NCBI GenBank assembly: GCA_028534125.1
Contig: CM052851.1
Location: 8,618,001 to 8,682,000, forward strand
Direction: 5' to 3'
Length of the DNA: 64,000 bases
DNA from: Lama glama
Taxonomy: Eukaryota
Shown here: positions 25,592-64,000 of the stretch, piece after piece
Layout: each line of letters opens with the position of its first letter
Numbering within the stretch: position 1 is the first letter of the stretch
Made by a program: the position numbers and the translations under genes
Notes under the pieces: generated by a model
What the model was told of the DNA's origin: nothing
What the model saw: the letters and a program-made list of their open reading frames with translations, nothing else
Databases searched by the model: none

Positions 25592-25649
25592 GGAAGAGGC
25601 GCCGGGGGACCCCCGGGCCCTGGGGTGGTGCTGCCTCTCTGAGGGCAGC

Positions 25650-56979
<31,330 letters not shown>

Positions 56980-57449
56980 GTCCAGCCTGCCCGGTGCGCA
57001 CTCCGCCCCGGCCCCGCTACAGCCCGGCCCGGGGGCGCGGCATCGCCGGCGCGGCCCGCGCGACAGTCCCGGCTCGGCTCCGGCAGCAGTCCCGCCCGGC
57101 CGGCCGCGGCGCTCGCCCCCCGCGCGGCCCTGGCCCGGCCCCGGCCCGCCCCACGCGCCCCGCCCGCCGGGCGCAGCGCCCCCTGCCGGTCGGCCCCGCG
57201 CGACAGCCCCTCGCGGGCAGGACATGCGCGGCTCCTCCAGGGGGCGCTCGGCGCGGGGTCCTAAGGAGCTGGGGGCCTCGGGGCAGCCCGGCCTCTGTGC
57301 CCGGAGGGCAGGGCCTCCGCAGTCCTCGGCCACCCTTTGGACAGGGGAAGACAGCAGGCTTCTGAATCTTAGATTTTCAGAACCAAACCTCAGAAACATC
57401 CCCGCTTCCTCTCCTTACCCACCCTTCATCTCAGAAGTGACAATAATAA

Positions 57450-57610
57450 ACCTGCTCTTCTCGAACATCTGCTATGTGCCAGGCCCACACTGAACGCCCC
57501 ACTGGGGTTATCTCATTTGGTCCTCTCTGGTACCTTACCAAGGTACAGATTTTTTTTCTGTAAAAATTGCATTTTACAGATGAGGAAACTGAAGCTCAGT
57601 GAAGTTTAGT
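57450..57610 (+). mobile_element. MIR SINE fragment
   Basis: CTATGTGCCAGGC...CATTTTACAGATGAGGAAACTGAAGCTCAG. Confidence 0.7.
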
Positions 57611-57619
57611 ACTATCTGA

Positions 57620-57815
57620 GGAGGTGTGTCTTGTATTACCTTCCATGATGATGATGTCCTCTGTGTTGGCCAGCATGGTCACCACTTGTCACAAGTGACT
57701 ACTGAACACTCGAAATGTGGCTGTTGAGACTGAGGAACTGACTTCTCAATTTTATTTAATTTGAATTCATTTAAATTTAAATAGCTGTGTGCGGCTGAGG
57801 TATTAGACAGTACTG
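57620..57815. mobile_element. MER3 (hAT-Charlie) DNA transposon
   Basis: CACTCGAAATGTGGCT...GACTGAGGAACTGA...TTTTATTTAATTTGAATTCATTTAAATTTAAATAGC. Confidence 0.75.
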
Positions 57816-57959
57816 GTTGAAGGGTTTCATAGTAATTAGGGTCAAAGGCAGCATTCAGAGCTGACCTGGGAAACTGCTCTCTCAATCACTGCTCCCCTGC
57901 AGGGTAGTGAGAAACCCCAAGGCTTTGGAGGTAGCTCCGAGTGTCTCTCCATTGATCAC

Positions 57960-58330
57960 CAAGTCACAGCCATCTCCTTGCCATGACTCAAACATGCCAG
58001 GTCCACACCTGCCACAGGACCTTAGCACATCCTGTTCCATCTGTCTACAATGTTGGTCCCTAAATGGCTGGTTCCTTTGGACTAGTCAAGTCTCAGCTCA
58101 TTTGTCAACCCTCTGACCATCTTATTGAAAGCAATTCCTCCTGCCTAGGCCTTTCTTTCTCATCACATAAAAGACTTGTATCTAGTTTTTGTTATTATCC
58201 TTCTCCTCGCTCAACAATGGAAGCTCTACGAGGGCAAGGGATTTTTCTGGCTTGGTCACTGCAATAGCTTCAACACTAAGAATGCTACCCAGCACACAGT
58301 AGGTGCTCAATATATGTGTTGAATGAATGG
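57960..58330 (+). mobile_element. L2 LINE 3' fragment
   Basis: Ends GCACACAGTAGGTGCTCAATATATGTGTTGAATGAAT. Confidence 0.7.
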
Positions 58331-61300
58331 AAGGTGGCATCGTCAAACTGCAGAATCCTAGATCTCTGAAACCTCAGAAGCAGAGAATTCTGGGATCTCT
58401 AACCCAGCATATCATCTCACTATGGAGTAGCTCAACTCACAGCCTCTCTGGATCCTCAGACACAGCAAGTCAGGGCTGGAAAAATCTATCCCACCCCACC
58501 ATTGCCTGACAGACGACAAAACTGAAACTGAAGCTCAAAGGCAGATCAAGATGCCAGCCTAGCCAGCCCAGAGCTCTCAACTCCTCCCTCTGGCGGCACC
58601 ACAGAGCTGGGGGGCGAGCTGGGCTGCCTGGTGGGGATGGAGTGAGAGCCTGCAAAATTGCTCGCACCCAGACCCCCCCCCCCCACAAGTGGCCAGCCAT
58701 GGGAGAGGGATGATGAGTCCCTAAGCCCCAGATGTGGCCCAGTCAGCAGGCCCGTGGTGGCCCGCCGAGGAGGGTCAATGCCACGACAGTTCTGGGGCTG
58801 GGGGAGGGGGTGCCCAAGCCGGCGGGTGTCTCACAATGAGGTTTTGTCCCTCCGGGGGCCGCTCTCCGAGCTGTTGCTCTTAGATATATAGAATGAGATT
58901 TTGCTGGAGGCCCCAGCTGTGTGTGCTGACCAGTGCTCCCCCCGCAGGGGCCGGGCTGAGAGGGGGGAGAGGGCCACACTGAGATGCCTATTCTTTTCCA
59001 GCTGATACACCCCAGAGGTTTTGCTCCCTCTGCAGCCTCCCTTAAAACAATTGTTATTCTCTGCTCTGCCCCCTCCCCAACCCGGGCCAGGCCTGCCTGC
59101 GGACAAAGTAGACGCCCGCCTATGTCGTATGATTTTTAAAAATGAATTGATTTTAGGAGTGGCCCAGGACCAGCTGGAAAATCAGCTTCTTTATAAGCCT
59201 CCTCCACCCCCAGGTCTTTCCGCCATATCCCCTGTAGTGCCAAAAAGTCCACCGTTGGAAAGCCATCCAGGTGAGCTAAGCATGTCCCTTGGTCGTCAAA
59301 GGTTAGGTGGGATATGCATATTTTGTCCCCAACACACAACTCCTCTGGCTGGATGATTGAGTCTCTGCATTAACCTTGAAGTTGGCTGGGCTGGGATGGA
59401 GCCTCCTCTTAATCCTGTGGGAGCTGGCCTCGCTCAGGGGGTTCTGTCCTTACCATCTCTCCTGACTCCACTAGGCCACTGAGCAAAGAAGCAACTGTCC
59501 CCAGGGGTTTTCATCTCTGGGCTGGGGGAGAAGGGTGGTTGAAAGGTCCCAGACTCTAGGACTCGGCTTAGAGTCCCAGCTGCCCCCGACCCCTGCCCTG
59601 TCTGGCCCAGCTCCATAATGAAGGAGGCTAAGGCTGGTGAGGGAGCCCCAGGAAGCCTTGCATAACCAGGACCTGGAAGAGCCCATCCATGGAGAGGAGT
59701 TCCCATCGGTACCCCTGCCCAACCGAGTCAAAAAGAGTGAGGGACCAAGATTTCAGCCCTGGCCCAGCAGACATGGCTGTCCCTGTGGCTGGCTCAGCTG
59801 TTCTCCAAAGGCCTGTCCTCTGATCCATGCCTCATCTCTACATCAGCCTGTTATTCCCACCTCACCGTGCAAGTAAAGTGCCAGGAAAGTGACAGATAAA
59901 TGGTGCTTTCTCTGATTCCAGGTCAGTTCCCCGTGCCCAGTGCTGGCCCTTGGATGGTGGTAGGGCCAGGAGGAGCCGGCAGCTTAGAAGGCAGCCCTGG
60001 GGAAAGGGAGGCTGGGGCATGAGGGTTAATGAGTAACGGGCTGGAGGCTAGCCCAGGAGAGGGTGGGGTTCTGTGGGCAGAACCCTCCCTACCGCAGGGC
60101 TCTGGGTCTCCCGTGGGCCAACACCATACTGGCATCTGCCCATTTTGCAGAGGAAGAGAGGAAGGCCCAGCAGGTGGTGAATGTGAACCCAGGGAGTAAG
60201 TGAGGCTGGGGCCCTGCAGAGTAACCTCTCTCCCACCTCCCTCCCGGAAGGGCCATCTGAGGGTCCAAGTGGGGCCTGGGAGGCAGAGCACTGCTCTGAC
60301 CCTTCCCAGCATTGCTCCTCATTGAGAGGTCCTCCGCATTCCATGCTGTGTGACCTTAGGCAAGTCACAGAAACTCTCGGGCCCGCAGCTGCTTCTGCTT
60401 CTGCTCCCTCATTGGATGGGATAATTTGCAAACCAAATGAGACTACAGGGTGTGAAGAACCTCTGAAAACCATTAGGCGAGGGTGGAGGCCAGAGTCCTG
60501 GGATGGGAGGCCTGGTTCTGGTCCTAGACCTGTCCCCAGGCCTGCGTGACCTCAAGCAGGTTTCCACCCTTATGAACCTCAGTTTCTTCTGTTTGGAGAG
60601 GCCTGGGTGTCTTTAGCAAAGTTTAGGCTGTTAGTGTGCTGCCAGTCACAGATTCCTTTCTGTGTTAATTTACCCTTCAGTGACAGTATATAAAACCATG
60701 TAAATTTGCAACAACAATAACAACAACAAAAGGAGGCCTGGGTGAAGACAGCACTGTTCTATCATCTTTCCAACCCCTCAGCAGATAGGGTCACTCTGGA
60801 CTCAGGGCGGGGAAGGTGGGCAGTATGAGCTGGGGAAGGTCAAGGTCTGGTCAAAGCTTGGCTGGGTCATTGCCTGGGCTGTACTCGGCAGGTCCCGTTG
60901 GGACTGGCTGGAGGAACAGCGCCACCTGCTGTGCGGATGGGCCAGGCCTGGGCATGGGGCTGGCGGGAGGTGAGGCTGCCCGCCCACCCTAGCTCTACAG
61001 CCTTTCCCCTGGCCTCGCTGTCCTGGGGCCAGGCTGGGCTGGGGTCCCTGGGGTGTCCCGAGCCTGACTGGGTCCTTTGCACCCTTCTACGGAAGCCCTC
61101 AGCAAAGACTTCCCATGGCCCTTGCATTTCCGTGCTACCCAGCTGGGGAGTTTTAGTGCTCTCCCCCCTCCCTAGCTCTCAGCACTTGGGGAGGAGGCGG
61201 GCACTGTCAGACCAGCCTGGTACCTCATGGCTAGCTCTGTGGTCCTGGGAGCTTACTAACCTTCCCTGAGCCCCAGACCCCTCAGAGAGAAGGGGCTAAG

Positions 61301-61523
61301 GAGGTCCATCTTTCAAGGCCCTAATGAGGTCATATGGGTCCCCGGGCACATCTCACACGGGCAGGGAACTGACCCCATTCAAATGGGGCTTCGAGGGTCT
61401 TCTGGTCTCTCACTGTGACTCCAAGTGTGGTCCTGGACCAGGGCATCAACAGCAGTGAGAGCCAACCTCAGAGGTCCCCTCCCGGCCAACCGCCCCCACC
61501 CCACCTGCTGGGAAGAGAGGTCA

Positions 61524-64000
61524 NNNNNNNNNNNNNNNNNNNNNNNNNNNNNNNNNNNNNNNNNNNNNNNNNNNNNNNNNNNNNNNNNNNNNNNNNNNNN
61601 NNNNNNNNNNNNNNNNNNNNNNNNNNNNNNNNNNNNNNNNNNNNNNNNNNNNNNNNNNNNNNNNNNNNNNNNNNNNNNNNNNNNNNNNNNNNNNNNNNNN
61701 NNNCGTACAGTGCTTGAGTGTCTGTGGGGCCCAGCTGCTCACTACCGATTGCATATGGAGGTCACCCAGACCCCGGGGAGGACAGGCCAGTGTATGGCAG
61801 GAGACCTTGTGCTGCGGGTCTGGGGGACAGAGTAGGGGTCAGTCTGAGCCGAGCTGGGCTGAGGAGGGTGGCTCAGACTCCCCATGTGTGGTGTGCGGAG
61901 GAAGGGGGAGACCTGCGGCAGGCCCATCCTCCAGGGGCAAGGTGGGGAGGGTGGGTGAGGTGTGGGCTGACCCAGGGCACCCAGGGCTGAGTCTGAGCCT
62001 GCCCCGGCCCCAAGCCTGTAACCCTGTGCGGCTGCAGCCTTGGGGGTGGGGAGTCTGTCCCTGATGGCTCAGTCCTGGGCATGGGTGGGCACCACGCCCC
62101 ATCAGAGGCCCCAGGGCCACCCTAGCAGAGGAGGAATTAAAAGGCCAGACCCCAAGTCTCCCTGCTATCGGCTGGGGTGATTGTTGGAAATTTACTCTGA
62201 TTTATGATTTGTCTTTTTATTTTTTTAAACTCTAAGAGCTACTGATTTCATTTTGCTGCTGTGTGGGACCCTCAGCAAGGGCAGGAGCCTGATGGACCCT
62301 GATGAGGGATGGGAGTCATGAGGGTGAGGGAGGCCTAGCTCCCAGGTCTTTGTCCCATCTCTCAGGGTGATCATGAGATGGGAGTCTTGGTCAGGGAAAC
62401 CTAGCCGACCCAGGGAGGCCATGGGCCGGTCCAGAGTCGGGGGACCATGCCTCCGAGGAGACGAAGGCACAAGCGGGCAGGCGGTCAACGCCTCAGCACA
62501 CACCAGTTTTCCAAACTAGGGGTCGGAGCAGCAGGCAAGACAAGGGGAACAGGTTGGGTCTGAAGCCGGGCTTGTCCTGTAACCCCAGCTGCCCCGGCGC
62601 CCATCACATTTGGCGCCTGTTTCCTGGCCAGCTCAGAGGGGCAGCAGGCAGGCAGGGCGGGGAGGGTGGGGAGGGCGCTCCAGCAGCCCCTTCCTTAGGA
62701 ACGGCGCTCGCTCATGCACATGCACACACACGTCCCGCGCCAGCATGCACCACCTCCCCGCTCTGCCTCTGGGGGCTGGCAGGGTCTCCACCTCCCGACT
62801 GCTTTCCCAACCCAGAAGGGAAGGAACCCCTCAAGTCAGGGCTGAGGAGGCCTCAGGCTAAGCCAGGATGGCTCCAGGGCCCCTGGCCCTCCTGGCTCCT
62901 CCAGTCAGGTCCCCCCGTACCCCATTCTTGGCCCCACTTCCTGCCAACAGGACATTGGGGGTAGGAGAGAAGAAAGCCCCGCTCTCAGGAGAGCCCGGGC
63001 CAGGTGAGGACGGGAGCTGAGGGCAGTGGAGGCATGTGTGGTCCCAGACCCCAGGGCTTGGGGTGCCGAGGCCTGGGGGGAGGTGACAAAAAGGGGTTTG
63101 GTGGGGCCCTCCTTCCTCCCAGGGCACTGACTTTGCAGCCAGGGGTGGTCACATCTGTGCCCTCCACCTTTTGAGTGGCCAGGATCCCTGGGGGTAGAAG
63201 GCAGGCTGGAAAGTAATGGGCTGGCGGGGCAGGCCTGGGTACCCAGGGCCCGTCGACAGGTGTCAGCACGAGGGACATAAAGCAGAGAAGGGGGGGTCCT
63301 GACCCTACCCTCCTGCGGGCCCCTGCAGGCCCCATGACTGCCTTGGGCTCCATGGAGGGTGACCCCTACCTGCTCAGAGGGGGGCTACTGAACACATGAT
63401 TGCAGGATAGGGGGGCTTGCAAGCTCAGGACACATCCTGAGCCCAGCCCAGCAGCTTCTGTAAACATACACAGCACTGCGGGCCACCTTGGTGGAGGGGT
63501 CACCCCAGGAGACTGGTCAGCAGGCACCAGATTTTGGGGTGGCCTGGGCAGATGCCAGCCTGGACCACAGACGAGAACACGTGGGGAGGGGGCTGCTGCT
63601 TTCCATGTCAGCCCAAGGGAACAGCCAGAGGGCAGTGATGGGGGGAGTCAGCATATTCATGGCCTGGCTCGGCACAGGGGGTGCCAGGGTGCCCCTGTGG
63701 GGGGCAGTCAGGCTGAGAGGGCGGAGTATTGCCCTGCCCACGTGGTAGGTGGGCCCCAGGCTCCTCCTTGCTCCACGTTCCTCCCCGTCATTCCCTATCT
63801 GGAGGCCCAGATCCCAGCTGCCTTGGCTCTGGGGGGCTCCTAAGCTGAGGTAGGGATGCGGACCTCCAGCTCAGCAGCAGTGCCCAACGCCTGAGGCTAT
63901 GCTGGCCCCAGAGACCTTTCCTCAAAGATGCCCAGCCCAGGGACGGCCACCAGGAGCCCGAGGAGCTCTGGCCTGGGCCTCAGCTGGCAGCCGCCCCTGG
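61524..64000 (-). other. DAGLA: Probable 3' UTR of diacylglycerol lipase alpha (stop codon just right of the window)
   Basis: Synteny (DAGLA lies a few kb upstream of MYRF on the same strand in human). Minus-strand blocks GCTGAGCTGGAGGTCCGCATCCCTACCTCAGCTTAGG and ATGTTTACAGAAGCTGCTGGGC match my recollection of the human DAGLA 3' UTR. No obvious interspersed repeats. AATAAA (minus) at 62216-62221. The true 3' end may lie in the 180-nt N-run. Confidence 0.6.

Noticed and set aside
56980-57399. In-frame N-terminal extension of MYRF (ATGs at 57225 and 57399)
   Set aside because: Stop-free frames are expected in a CpG island, and these ATGs probably lie upstream of the transcription start among promoter motifs. 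CAGE data placing the TSS beyond 57225 would be needed.

Overview
Mammalian genomic DNA, most likely a camelid (two tRNA-Ala-derived SINEs of the camelid Vic-1 type), syntenic with human 11q12.2. Gene order: FADS1 (+, 12 coding exons, start codon just left of the window, stop 10750); FEN1 (-, single coding exon 15300-16442, non-coding exon 1 ending at 19112); a bidirectional CpG-island promoter; TMEM258 (+, ATG-only first exon, U12-type intron 2, 79 aa); MYRF (-, 27 exons, 56979 to 25650, about 1148 aa, exon 15 hidden in an N-run, GC-AG intron 8); and probably the DAGLA 3' UTR (-, about 61.5-64 kb). The rest is introns with MIR, L2, MER3, an MLT2 solo LTR and SINEs. Most entries in the ORF track are GC-rich shadow ORFs. 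No new gene system is evident. The best leads are transcriptional: (1) an in-frame internal first exon (MDAPFS) in MYRF intron 4 that would remove the N-terminal 153 residues; (2) a compact HNF1x2/GATA/HNF4/CCAAT module in MYRF intron 1; (3) antisense FADS2-type first exons inside FADS1 exon 1 and intron 1; (4) a miR-199-5p/miR-145 site cluster just after the MYRF stop; (5) three N-runs that look like exact-length masking of conserved exonic sequence. All comparisons to human sequences are from memory and need alignment to confirm.
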